From: Alphaproteobacteria bacterium
GTDB lineage: Bacteria; Pseudomonadota; Alphaproteobacteria; JAAXGF01
Assembly (NCBI GenBank): GCA_963555825.3
Contig: CAUVXB020000002.1
Location: 448,001 to 512,000 of the forward strand
Length of the DNA stretch: 64,000 nucleotides
Reading direction: 5' to 3'
Shown piece by piece: positions 23,082-32,527 of the stretch (positions within the stretch are counted from its first letter, which is position 1; the number at the start of each line of letters is the position of its first letter). The notes below the pieces were generated by a model. The model was not told the DNA's origin, made no database searches, and saw only the letters and a list, made by a program, of their open reading frames with translations. The position numbers and the translations under genes are program-made.

Positions 23082-23801
23082 TCAGGCATCATCTGATATC
23101 GCTGCATCAGAGCCCTTCCTGTCAGCGGTTTCATCCACGACATCACGAAGTAGCCAACTCAGTTTCCCAATTGCCGAGTTATTGAAGTGCTCGAGAAGAT
23201 GACCATTGGGGTCGCATTCCTGCGCCTCATCCAATAGCCGTTGAAATTTGCTACAAAATCTTCCGAGAATTTCCGGCCAATCCATAAATCCTTTCAATGT
23301 TTGAATTGTCGTCACATGACTTCCCCGTACGAAATAATGTATCAGAAGTTTAAAAAACGCGTCCTTTTCTCCGCTCTTCAGTTTATCGAATGTGGATTCC
23401 ATTGCTGTTGAATTGGCTAGTCGACGACACAAATCGATAGCCATTGAATTTAACTCATCTATTGTAAGTTCCGCGACACGTAGAAATGTATCCCGCCTCG
23501 CATGCAGTTCGTTGGCCGAAATTGCTTGTGCCTGTCGTTCCGCTTGTTCCACAGAGCGCCTCAATTCCTCTGCTTGCTGCCTTAATACTCTGTTGTTTAG
23601 TCTCAATTCTTTGTTTTGTTGAAAATATCCGACTATGAGCCAGATAAAAAACAAGGGCGCGAACAGTCCCGCGAAAAAATCTCCAATCTCGTTCGGGAGC
23701 AATGAAAGAAAATTATCGAGACCAATGAAAGAGAAAAAATACCAGGCAGACAGGCATACCCAAATCGTGCTGAATCCGAATCCAAAAATGGCAAGGTTCA
23801 T
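23082..23801 (-). CDS. AT-rich hypothetical membrane protein inside the glc operon
   Basis: Two N-terminal hydrophobic segments, PNEIGDFFAG.FAPL motif, coiled coil; GC far below the flanks. Confidence 0.75.
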   Translation of the reverse strand: MNLAIFGFGFSTIWVCLSAWYFFSFIGLDNFLSLLPNEIGDFFAGLFAPLFFIWLIVGYFQQNKELRLNNRVLRQQAEELRRSVEQAERQAQAISANELHARRDTFLRVAELTIDELNSMAIDLCRRLANSTAMESTFDKLKSGEKDAFFKLLIHYFVRGSHVTTIQTLKGFMDWPEILGRFCSKFQRLLDEAQECDPNGHLLEHFNNSAIGKLSWLLRDVVDETADRKGSDAAISDDA

Positions 23802-23818
23802 CGTTTACCTCCAACCAA

Positions 23819-25054
23819 TCATACGCCCGCGTACATGCGGCCGGGGTTGAGGATGCGGCGCGGATCGAAGCCGCCTTTAACGCGCCGCGTAAGGTCGGCG
23901 AGCGCGGCTTCCTGGGGCTGGAATACGGGGATTGCACCGCGCAGGCCGGCGTCGGCGCGCACCAGCGTCGCGTGGCCGCCGCAATCGGCGATGGCATCGC
24001 GCACCGCCGCCGCGCCGGCGTCGTCAGACGCCGGCAGGCTCAACCACACCAAGCCGCCGCCCCAGTCGTAATAGGCGGTCGCGTCGGTTGCCGCGGCGAT
24101 GCGCGCAACGACCGCGGCGCCTTCGCTCGGCGGCACCGAGAGCCGCCAGACGACGCGATCGTCATCGCCGGTAAGCGGCGCGGCGTCGCGCAGCTCGCGC
24201 CACAGCACGCCCGAGTTCATGCCGTGCAGCTCCTCGACGGCAGCGCCGTCGGCGCCCAGCAACTCGCGCAGCGCCTGGCAGCGGTGTTCGGTCGAGGCCG
24301 CCGGGCCCTCGACGCGCACCGCGGTAACCGCGGCGCCGGCGTCGGCGACGTAACCGACCGCCGATTTCGCCGCGAGCCGCGTGGGCAGATGCGCAGCCGA
24401 CGCCACCTCGTGCGGGCTGGCGAGCGCCGCACGCATCGCGTCGCCCGCCGCGGCGTCGTCGAGGCCGAAGACCAACACGGTGCGCGTCTTCTCGGGCGCC
24501 GGCAGCACCTTGAAGGTCAGCTCGGTCATCACCGCGAGCGTGCCCCAGGAGCCGGCGAACAGCTTGCACAGGTCGTAGCCGGTGACGTTCTTGACGACCC
24601 GGCCGCCGGCCTTGATCGCCTCGCCGCGCCCGGTCACCGCCTCGACGCCGAGGAAATGGTCGCGCGCGGCGCCGGCCTTGACGCGCCGCGGGCCCGAGAG
24701 GTTGCAGGCGAAGACGCCGCCGATCGTGCCGCGGCCCGCGTCGCCGCCCATCAGCGGGCCGAGGTCGGGCGGCTCGAAGGCGAGCTGCTGGTCGTGCTCG
24801 GCGAGCAGCGCCTCGATCTCGGCCAGCGGCGTGCCGGTCCGGGCGCTCATGACCAGTTCGGCGGGTTCGTAGAGCGTCACCCCGGCGAGACCCGAGACGT
24901 CGAGCAGATGGGCCGCCTGGACCGGCCGGCCGAGCCCGCGCTTGGAGCCCGCGCCGACGATCTCGAGCGGCGTTTCTTCTGCCACCGCCCATTCGACCGC
25001 CTCGCGCGCCTGATCGGCATCGGCCGGCGTGAGCACGTCGGCCATGCCGGTCAC
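23819..25054 (-). CDS. glcE: Glycolate oxidase FAD-binding subunit
   Basis: YEPAELV, GPRR, GGRVVKNVTGYD, DWGGGL and FDP..ILNPGR. Confidence 0.95.
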   Translation of the reverse strand: MTGMADVLTPADADQAREAVEWAVAEETPLEIVGAGSKRGLGRPVQAAHLLDVSGLAGVTLYEPAELVMSARTGTPLAEIEALLAEHDQQLAFEPPDLGPLMGGDAGRGTIGGVFACNLSGPRRVKAGAARDHFLGVEAVTGRGEAIKAGGRVVKNVTGYDLCKLFAGSWGTLAVMTELTFKVLPAPEKTRTVLVFGLDDAAAGDAMRAALASPHEVASAAHLPTRLAAKSAVGYVADAGAAVTAVRVEGPAASTEHRCQALRELLGADGAAVEELHGMNSGVLWRELRDAAPLTGDDDRVVWRLSVPPSEGAAVVARIAAATDATAYYDWGGGLVWLSLPASDDAGAAAVRDAIADCGGHATLVRADAGLRGAIPVFQPQEAALADLTRRVKGGFDPRRILNPGRMYAGV

Positions 25055-25060
25055 CGGGAC

Positions 25061-25089
25061 GTAGGGGCGGGTTTGAAACCCGCCCCTAC
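25061..25089. repeat. GTAG-type REP palindrome
   Basis: GTAGGGGCGGGTTTGAAACCCGCCCCTAC between glcD and glcE. Confidence 0.8.
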
Positions 25090-25126
25090 AGTGTCGCGCA
25101 CGTAGAAAATTGACGACGCCATCGCC

Positions 25127-26614
25127 TCAAAACCGGGGCAGGTCGGCGAACGCCACCTTGCCCTTGTGCACGTGCATGCGGCCAAGTTCGGCGCAGCGGT
25201 GCAGCGTCGGGAACACCTTGCCGGGGTTGAGGTAGCCGTCCGGGTCGAAGGCGCATTTGAGGCGCTGCTGCTGATCGAGGTCGGCCTTGGAGAACATCGT
25301 CCCCATCAGGTCGCGCTTCTCGACGCCGACGCCGTGCTCGCCGGTCAACACGCCGCCGACGGCGACGCAGAGCTTGAGGATATCGGCGCCGAATGCCTCG
25401 GTCTTCTCGAGCTCGCCCGGGTTGTTGGCGTCGTAGAGGATCAGCGGGTGCAGGTTGCCGTCGCCGGCGTGGAATACGTTGGCCACCGCGAGGCCGTATG
25501 TCTCGCTGAGCTCACTGATGCGTTTGAGCACCTCGGGCAGGCGGCCGCGCGGAATCGTGCCGTCCATGCAGTAGTAATCGGGCGAGATGCGCCCGATCGC
25601 CGGGAACGCCGCCTTGCGTCCGGCCCAGAAGCTCTCGCGTTCGGCCTCGGATTGGCTGACGCGCAGCGTCGTCGCGCCGCAATCCTCGGCGATGCCCCGG
25701 ACCCGGCCGATCAGCTCGTCGACCTCGACTTGCGGTCCGTCGAGTTCGACGATCAACAGCGCCTCGACGTCGAGCGGGTAGCCGGCGTGGCAGAACGCCT
25801 CGGCCGCCTCGACCGCCGCGCGGTCCATGATCTCCATACCGCCCGGGATGATGCCGCCGGCGATCACCCGGCCGACGCAGTCGCCCGCCGCCTCGATCGA
25901 CGGGAAGCCGATGAGCAGCGCGCGCGCCGTCGCGGGCTTCTTGAGGATGCGCACAGTGATCTCGGTGATGACGCCCAGCAGCCCCTCCGAGCCCGCCGTG
26001 ACGCCCAACAGATCATAGCCTTCCGCATCGAGATGCTTGCCGCCGAGACGCACGACCTCGCCGCTCATCAGCACCATCTCGACGCCCAGCACGTTGTTGG
26101 TGGTGACGCCGTACTTCAGGCAATGCACGCCGCCCGAGTTCTCGGCGACGTTGCCGCCGATGGTGCAGGCGATCTGGCTCGACGGGTCGGGCGCGTAGTA
26201 GAATCCGGCGTGCGCCACCGCCTCGCTGATCGCCTGGTTGGTGACGCCCGCCTGGGCGACGACGCAGCGGTTCTCGTAGTCGATGTCGAGGATGCGCTTG
26301 AACTTGCCGAGGCCCAGGGTGACGCCGTCGGCGAGCGGCAGCGCGCCGCCCGAGAGCCCGGTGCCGGCGCCGCGCGGCACGACCTTGACGGCGCGCTCGT
26401 GGCACATCCGAAGAATTTGCGCCACCTGCTCGGTAGTCTCGGGCAGCACGACGATCATCGGCAGCTGGCGGTAGGCGGTCAGCCCGTCGCATTCGTAGAC
26501 GCGCAGGGCGTCGGCGTCGGCGATCACCGACTCGGCGGGCAGCAAGCCGCGCAACGCCTCGACGAGCTCGCCGCGCCGCGCCAGCACCTCGCTGTCCGGT
26601 TTGGGCATCTGCAT
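25127..26614 (-). CDS. glcD: Glycolate oxidase subunit GlcD
   Basis: YECDGL, PRGAGTGLSGG, APDPSSQIAC, FHAGDGNLHP and GEHGVG. Confidence 0.95.
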   Translation of the reverse strand: MQMPKPDSEVLARRGELVEALRGLLPAESVIADADALRVYECDGLTAYRQLPMIVVLPETTEQVAQILRMCHERAVKVVPRGAGTGLSGGALPLADGVTLGLGKFKRILDIDYENRCVVAQAGVTNQAISEAVAHAGFYYAPDPSSQIACTIGGNVAENSGGVHCLKYGVTTNNVLGVEMVLMSGEVVRLGGKHLDAEGYDLLGVTAGSEGLLGVITEITVRILKKPATARALLIGFPSIEAAGDCVGRVIAGGIIPGGMEIMDRAAVEAAEAFCHAGYPLDVEALLIVELDGPQVEVDELIGRVRGIAEDCGATTLRVSQSEAERESFWAGRKAAFPAIGRISPDYYCMDGTIPRGRLPEVLKRISELSETYGLAVANVFHAGDGNLHPLILYDANNPGELEKTEAFGADILKLCVAVGGVLTGEHGVGVEKRDLMGTMFSKADLDQQQRLKCAFDPDGYLNPGKVFPTLHRCAELGRMHVHKGKVAFADLPRF

Positions 26615-26662
26615 CAGCGGGCCCCTTTCAGCGCCGCATAGTGCGGCACGCCCCAAGCCGCG

Positions 26663-27097
26663 TCAACGCGGCGGCGTCGGCACAATATCGGGACGATCGA
26701 CGCGCGCGCGCGGCAGGACGTCGCGCAGGTCGCACCAGGGCATCTTACTCTCGGCGCAGAGATGCCATCGGGGCGCCAGGTCCTCGGGCCGATCGAGGCT
26801 GCCGAAGTAGACCCAGAGCGTCGCCTCGCCGTCGTAGCGGCCGAACAGCGAACAGCCGCAGCCGTCGCAGAAGCCGCGCTCCATGACGTTGGACGAGCGG
26901 TACCATTTGGGTTCACCGCGGCGCAGCACCAGCGCCGCGCGCGGCCATTCGCCCGAGACGCTGAAGATCGAGCCTTGCGACTTCTGGCACATGCGGCAGT
27001 GGCAATAGCCGACGTCGCGCGGCGGCTCGGTCAGCTGGTAGACGATGGCGCCGCATTGGCAGGCGCCGGTGATCGGTAGGTCCTGATCGCCCATCAC
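26663..27097 (-). CDS. GFA-family zinc protein
   Basis: GACQCG, CHCRMCQK and RGFCDGCG. Confidence 0.88.
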   Translation of the reverse strand: MMGDQDLPITGACQCGAIVYQLTEPPRDVGYCHCRMCQKSQGSIFSVSGEWPRAALVLRRGEPKWYRSSNVMERGFCDGCGCSLFGRYDGEATLWVYFGSLDRPEDLAPRWHLCAESKMPWCDLRDVLPRARVDRPDIVPTPPR

Positions 27098-27111
27098 ATT
27101 CCCCTCGTCAA

Positions 27112-27250
27112 TTTTCCGGTCACCTTCGGTGACCTGCGCTCAATCGCCGCGCATGCCAACCTTATGGGATAAAGACCGGCCGAACGGTCGGCGGCCCCCT
27201 CTCTTGTCCCAATAAGACTGGCGCGGGCTGACAAAATCCTGTCGATCGCC
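27112..27250 (-). repeat. Structured intergenic repeat, copy R1
   Basis: Core GCCGACCGTTCGGCC..GCGGCGATTGAGCGCAGGTCAC on the minus strand; downstream of rpmJ. Confidence 0.9.
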
Positions 27251-27359
27251 AACGGTCGCGCATGCTCGCGCAAATGCGGCGACGACGCAATTCGCGGCGT
27301 GGCAGTGCGATGTCGATGATCGGGGGGTCGCCGCCGGGCGGACGCGGCGACGCGCGGTG

Positions 27360-27485
27360 TCAGCCCTGGCGCGCCTTGAAGCGGGGGTTGCGCTTGTTGA
27401 TCAGGTAGACGCGGCCCTTGCGGCGCACGATGCGGCAATCGCGATGGCGCTTCTTGGCCGACTTGAATGAGTTCAGAACCTTCAT
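27360..27485 (-). CDS. rpmJ: 50S ribosomal protein L36 (type B, zinc-free)
   Basis: [41 protein letters not shown]. Confidence 0.97.
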   Translation of the reverse strand: MKVLNSFKSAKKRHRDCRIVRRKGRVYLINKRNPRFKARQG

Positions 27486-27591
27486 GGCCCGATCGATCCG
27501 AATTGGCTGTCTGCTGGAGGCGCGCACCCTACGCACGGCGGGCTGCCCTGTCAACGGCGGAAATGGCGGATTTTGGGGTATGGTGGGGTTG

Positions 27592-27775
27592 TTTTTTTGT
27601 GCGGTCACCTTTTTGTGCGGTCACCTGAAGGTGACCTGCGCTCAATCGCCGCGCATGCCAATCTTATGGGATCAAGACCGGCCGAACGGTCGGCGGCCTG
27701 CCTCTCTCTTGTTCCAATAGGATTGGCGCAGGCTGGAAGATACTCATCGACCCAGTCGATCCAATTGTGCCCTAG
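27592..27775 (-). repeat. Structured intergenic repeat, copy R2 (duplicated 3' GACCGCACAAAAA tail)
   Basis: Starts at the CTAG that contains the stop codon of the dehalogenase gene. Confidence 0.9.
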
Positions 27776-28659
27776 CCGAAGAAGTCGAGCATTTCGGCGA
27801 GCGTCGCTTCGGGCGCCTCCTCGGCAAGGTAGTGGCCGCAGGCGAGCGCGCGGCCCGAGACCGGGCCGTCGGCGACCTCGCGCCAGGTCGCGAGCACGTC
27901 GTAGGTGCGGTGCACCAGCCCGGCGTCGCCCCACAGCGCCAAGAGCGGGCAGGCGATGCGGCGCCCGGCCTCGCGGTCGGCGCGGTCGTCGACCAGATCG
28001 ACGGTCGCGGCGGCGCGGTAGTCCTCGCAGGTCGCGTGGATCACCGCCGGGTCGGTGAAACAGCGTTCGTACTCGGCGAGGCACGCGGGGTCGGCGACCG
28101 CCTCGATACCGTGCGGGCCGGCCGCCGCGCCCCGGCCGCGCAGGTAAAACGACGGGTCGGCGCCGATCAGCGTCTCGGGAAACGGCTCGGGCTGGACCAG
28201 GAAGAACCAGTGGAAGTAACCGAGCGCGAAGGCCATGTCGGTGCGCTCGTACATGGTCAGCGTCGGCGCGATGTCGAGCACCGCGGCGCGCGTCACACGC
28301 GCGGCGTGATCGAGGCACATCCGATGCGTCACCCGCCCGCCCCGGTCGTGCCCGGCGACGGCGAAACACTCGAACCCCAGCCCGGCCATCAGCGCCACCT
28401 GGTCGCCCGCCATGGCCCGGAAGCTGTACGCCTCGTGCCGGGCGTCGCTCGCCGGTTTCGCGCTGTCGCCATAGCCGCGAAGATCGCTCATCACCACGGT
28501 AAACCGCTCGGCGAGCGCCGGCGCGATCTTGGCCCACATGACATGGGTCTGTGGGTAGCCGTGCAGCAGCAACAACGGCGACCCCGCCCCGCCAATGCGA
28601 TAGGCGATCTCGACCCCGGTCGCGACCGTCTGCTTGCGGAACTCGAAGCCGTCGAGCAT
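27772..28659 (-). CDS. Haloacetate dehalogenase-like alpha/beta hydrolase
   Basis: HGYPQTH, DLRGYG, GHDRGGR, YFHWFF, CEDYRA and GHYLAEE. Confidence 0.88.
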   Translation of the reverse strand: MLDGFEFRKQTVATGVEIAYRIGGAGSPLLLLHGYPQTHVMWAKIAPALAERFTVVMSDLRGYGDSAKPASDARHEAYSFRAMAGDQVALMAGLGFECFAVAGHDRGGRVTHRMCLDHAARVTRAAVLDIAPTLTMYERTDMAFALGYFHWFFLVQPEPFPETLIGADPSFYLRGRGAAAGPHGIEAVADPACLAEYERCFTDPAVIHATCEDYRAAATVDLVDDRADREAGRRIACPLLALWGDAGLVHRTYDVLATWREVADGPVSGRALACGHYLAEEAPEATLAEMLDFFG

Positions 28660-28690
28660 GGCGCGTCTCCCCCCTCGGCTGTGCGTCCGG

Positions 28691-29750
28691 CTACGTGCCC
28701 TCGTCCGGTTCGTAGTCTCCGAACTTGATCTCCGCATCGGGCAGGGCCTCACGCAATGCGTCGACGTCCTCGCGACGCACCGGACAACCTGTAACGATCA
28801 CCCGCTTCAAATTCGTCAGCCCGTGCAGGGGCGCCAGATCATTGACCTGGGCGCCTTCGAGGTAGAGCCATTGCAGGCTTGTCAGCGCGGCCAGGGGTGC
28901 CAGGTCTTGGACCTGGGTGCCTTCGAGGTAGAGCATTTCCAGGCTTGTCAGCGCAGTCAGGGGCGCCAGGTCTTGGACCTGCGTGCCTGCGAGGGAGACC
29001 GTTTCCAGGTTTGTCAGCGCGGCCAGGGGCGCCGAGTCTTGGACCTGTGTGGCGTAGAGGTTGAGCTCTTTCAGTCTTGTCAGCCCGGCCAGAGGAGTCA
29101 GGTCTTGGACGAGTGTGGAGTGGAGGTTGAGCTCTTTCAGTCTTGTCAGCCCGGCCAGGGGCGTCAGGTCTTCGAGCTGTGTGCCGTGGAGGTAAAGCCC
29201 TTCCAGGCTTGTCAGCGCGGCCAAAGGCGCCAAGTCTCGCACCGGTGTTTTATTGAGGTCGAGCGACTTTAGGTTTTTCAGGTCGGCCAGGAGCGCCACG
29301 CCTTCGATGTCGCTGTCGGCGAGATCGATTTTCTCGACCTGCGGATAGTCTTCCCGCGTCACGTCTTCGACATCTATGTTCAGAGCCCGGGCGATCGCTT
29401 CCCGGATGATCTTCGCTTCGTCGGGAGCGCCGAGGTCCGCAATGACAACCGCCTCCTCTGGATACGGAATATGCATTAGCGCACCCAGGTTTCGATCCGC
29501 GAGCAGGTGGAGATATCGATGAAAGCTGGCCGTTTCGACGACTTCGCGGAATCGTTCCGGAACCCGGTCTAGGACCGCCTCGCGCTCCTGCTCCGCAGTC
29601 TCGTCGCGCTTGCCCACCGCCGCCTCGGCGTGCGCCTCGTCGCCACCGCGCGCTCTGCCTAGGGCGTCGATCTCGGATTGCGAAAGGCGAAGGAAGGGCT
29701 CTTCATCGGGGTCTCGCGCCACCGCCGCGGACCAGGCGCGGAAAAAGCCG
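28691..29750 (-). CDS. Leucine-rich-repeat region (eight 22-aa internalin-like repeats), probably the C-terminus of the KAP NTPase
   Basis: Repeats of type LTxLxxLxLxxTQVQDLAPLAx; frame stays open upstream to the frameshift point. Confidence 0.85.
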
Positions 29751-30936
29751 TTCCCGTCTTCGAACCGATCAACGTCTCCATGCGGTAGGGTGGTGGGCCG
29801 AGGATACGGCGCAGCAGGAAATCCTGGACGCCTTGTTCCGGGGTCAGCGGCTCGACACCCGTCGCCGCGATAAGCTTGGAGCGGCGCACGCCCGTGGCGT
29901 AAATCAACACGGAGTTGACCAGTCGCTTGACCTCGCGCGGCGAGCGCTTCGCTAGGTCGATGATGACGGGCTCCAGCGCGTCTTCCCGGTGCTCCAGGCT
30001 TTTCCAGGTCTCGTTCCTGGCGACGATCCCGGCGAAGAACGTTTCGACCTCCCCCTCCGTGGGCGCGAGCGTAATTTCGACCTGGAACATCTTGGCCAGG
30101 TAGTCGCGCGCCTTTTCTTCGTCTACGCCCATCTCGCCGTACCGTTTGACGACGAGCTGATCGACGACGGTCTTATCGACGCCGACCACGAACATCAAAC
30201 GCTCGATGTTGAGGTAGAGCTTCAACGCCTCGAGCACTTGGAGCGCGACATCCGGCATGCAGCGGTCGAGGTCGTCGATGAAGACGACCAGGCGCTCCTT
30301 TTCCGCAAGCGAGCTCTCCACCCACGCGCCCATCACCTTTTCGAATTCGTTGAGATAGGCGGCCGCCGGGGACACCGTCTCTTCCAGGTCTTGCGCGATG
30401 TCCTTGAGCGCCGCCAAGTCTGCCTCGACGACGCCAACTGAAACCTTCGTGCTGGTAAGAACCTTGATGACGCTGCGGCCCAGGAAGCGGCCGAGGTCCT
30501 TGGCGTCGCGGGTAAACGACTCGAGGGTGTAATCCTCGTCCGACAGGCAGGCCAGGATTACCTCGGCGACCAGCCCGCGCCACACCTCCTCGCGCTCGTG
30601 GTATTTCCACGGATAGAACCAGGCGGTGCGCACGATGCGGACGTCTTCGTCGTTCTTCAGCTCCGTCTTGGCCCACTGGTTCCACTGGTCGAGCCGGCCC
30701 TCCAGCCAGCGCATCGCGGATGTTTTGCCGGTGCCCCAGTCGCCGTAGATGGCGGCCGCGAAGGGTGTCTCGGTCCCCGGATGACGCAGGATCTCGAAGA
30801 GCGGCCCGACCTGGCGCGCCAAGTCGAAGGTGTCGGCGTCCGGGTCGTCGGACGCGAGCGCCGAGTCAGGGACGATCGTGAGTGTAGGCGGTTGCGTGAC
30901 CCAATCGGGGATTTCGGGTTTGTCGTCGTTGGCCAT
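29659..30936 (-). CDS. KAP-family P-loop NTPase
   Basis: Walker A GDWGTGKT, FYPWKY, Walker B VVFIDDLDRC, YLAKMFQV and SPREVKRLVN. Confidence 0.88.
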   Translation of the reverse strand: MANDDKPEIPDWVTQPPTLTIVPDSALASDDPDADTFDLARQVGPLFEILRHPGTETPFAAAIYGDWGTGKTSAMRWLEGRLDQWNQWAKTELKNDEDVRIVRTAWFYPWKYHEREEVWRGLVAEVILACLSDEDYTLESFTRDAKDLGRFLGRSVIKVLTSTKVSVGVVEADLAALKDIAQDLEETVSPAAAYLNEFEKVMGAWVESSLAEKERLVVFIDDLDRCMPDVALQVLEALKLYLNIERLMFVVGVDKTVVDQLVVKRYGEMGVDEEKARDYLAKMFQVEITLAPTEGEVETFFAGIVARNETWKSLEHREDALEPVIIDLAKRSPREVKRLVNSVLIYATGVRRSKLIAATGVEPLTPEQGVQDFLLRRILGPPPYRMETLIGSKTGTAFSAPGPRRWRETPMKSPSFAFRNPRSTP

Positions 30937-31125
30937 GGCTTCGGCTCCCGCGTGGCGCGTCCAACCCATAATGCCATGGCCCGCGCCTAAGTTAAGCGAT
31001 TACTCGAAACTTCAACCACGTGGCCGTCCCGATTGGCGACGTCGCGGTCTCCGCCGGTTTGCCGAGCGAACACTGCCCGCCAGGATCACCCGGCGATCGA
31101 ATGAAAGATCATGCAAATTTAATAG

Positions 31126-31148
31126 TTGCGAATGATTGTCAATCGCAA
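31126..31148. promoter_or_regulatory. Putative iron-responsive operator (Fur-family-like)
   Basis: TTGCGAATGATTGTCAATCGCAA palindrome in an AT-rich patch upstream of an Fe(III)-binding protein. Confidence 0.6.
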
Positions 31149-31335
31149 TACAGAGGAAGCAACGCCTGTCGAACCGCGTCGCGATCCACGCGGTTTGATC
31201 CATGTCTTGGCGCGGCGCAGCGCGCGGGTCAGATATGCCGTCTTGGCGGTTGACCGGCGGGCGCGACCGGGGCGACTGTCGTGGCGCGGCGCGGCCAAGG
31301 GGGCCGTGTCGCCGTGTTTAGGGAGTGAAGCGTCG

Positions 31336-32361
31336 ATGAAATCAGTGTCTTCGGCCTTGGGGCTCGCCGCCCTCGCCTGTCTGTTGGCCGCCGCGCCGGC
31401 CGTCCGGGCCGCCGAGGTCAACGTCTATTCGGCGCGCCAGGAGGTGCTGATCAAGCCGCTCTTGGAGGCCTTCGAGGCGGCCACCGGGATCACCGTCAAC
31501 GTGGTCTCGGGCAAGGCCGACGCGCTGCTCACGCGGCTCGAGCGCGAGGGCGTCAACAGCCCGGCCGACCTGCTGCTCACGACCGACGCCGGCCGGCTGG
31601 TGCGCGCCCGCCAGGCGGGGCTTTTGCAGCCGGTGACCTCGGCGCTGCTCGAGGCCAACATCCCGCCGCAATACCGCGAGACCGAGGGCCACTGGTTCGG
31701 CCTCTCGGTGCGCGCGCGGACGATTATCTATGCCCGCGACCGGGTCACGGCCGACCAGCTATCGACCTACGAGGCGCTCGCCGGGACCGAGTGGCGGGGC
31801 CGCGTTTGCGTGCGCTCGTCGAACAGCGTCTACAACCAATCGATGCTGGCGGCGATGATCGCGCATTCCGGCATCGCGGCGACCGAGACCTGGGCCGCCG
31901 GGCTGGTCGCCAACTTCGCGCGCAAGCCCCAAGGCGGCGACCGCGACCAGATCCGCGCCGTCGCCGCCGGCGCCTGCGACGTCGCCATCGCCAACACCTA
32001 CTATCTCGCCGGGCTCGCCAAGTCGGACGACGACGCCGACCGCCAGGTCGCCGGCAAGGTCGCGGTATTCTGGCCCAACCAGGGCGGCCGCGGCGTTCAC
32101 GTCAACATCTCGGGCGCCGGCGTCACGCGCCACGCCGCCAATGTCGCCGAGGCGGTCGCGCTGATCGAGTTCCTGTCGGGCGACGCGGCGCAGCGCCTCT
32201 ACGCCGAGGTGGTCAACGAGCGGCCGGTCAAACCGGGCGTGCCGGTCTCGGCCGCGGTCGCGGCCTGGGGCGCCTTCGAGGCCGATTCGCTCAACCTCAC
32301 CTTGCTCGGCGAATTCAACGCCGAAGCCGTACGCCTCGCCGACCGCGTCGGCTGGCGGTAA
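31336..32361 (+). CDS. Fe(III) ABC transporter substrate-binding protein (FutA/FbpA-like)
   Basis: VNVYSAR, SPAD, RSS..YNQS, GGDRDQI, ANTYY and HVNISG. Confidence 0.9.
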   Translation: MKSVSSALGLAALACLLAAAPAVRAAEVNVYSARQEVLIKPLLEAFEAATGITVNVVSGKADALLTRLEREGVNSPADLLLTTDAGRLVRARQAGLLQPVTSALLEANIPPQYRETEGHWFGLSVRARTIIYARDRVTADQLSTYEALAGTEWRGRVCVRSSNSVYNQSMLAAMIAHSGIAATETWAAGLVANFARKPQGGDRDQIRAVAAGACDVAIANTYYLAGLAKSDDDADRQVAGKVAVFWPNQGGRGVHVNISGAGVTRHAANVAEAVALIEFLSGDAAQRLYAEVVNERPVKPGVPVSAAVAAWGAFEADSLNLTLLGEFNAEAVRLADRVGWR

Positions 32362-32414
32362 CAGCCCCGGCTGGGCTACAATCGTCGCGAAATTCGAACA
32401 CGTCGTTCGGATGA

Positions 32415-32505
32415 CTTCAGCCTGCGACCGCAGGCCGCCGACCGTTCGGCGGAAGCCTGCGCGGCGACTGAGCGCAGGTCATCTTTGCGCGGCAAAGGTG
32501 ACCGG
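32415..32505 (+). repeat. Structured intergenic repeat, short variant R3
   Basis: CAGCCTGCG..GCAGGCCGCCGACCGTTCGGCGGAAGCCTGCGCGGCGACTGAGCGCAGGTCATC..GGTGACC. Confidence 0.8.
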
Positions 32506-32527
32506 ATACCAATAACGAGACGTTAGC

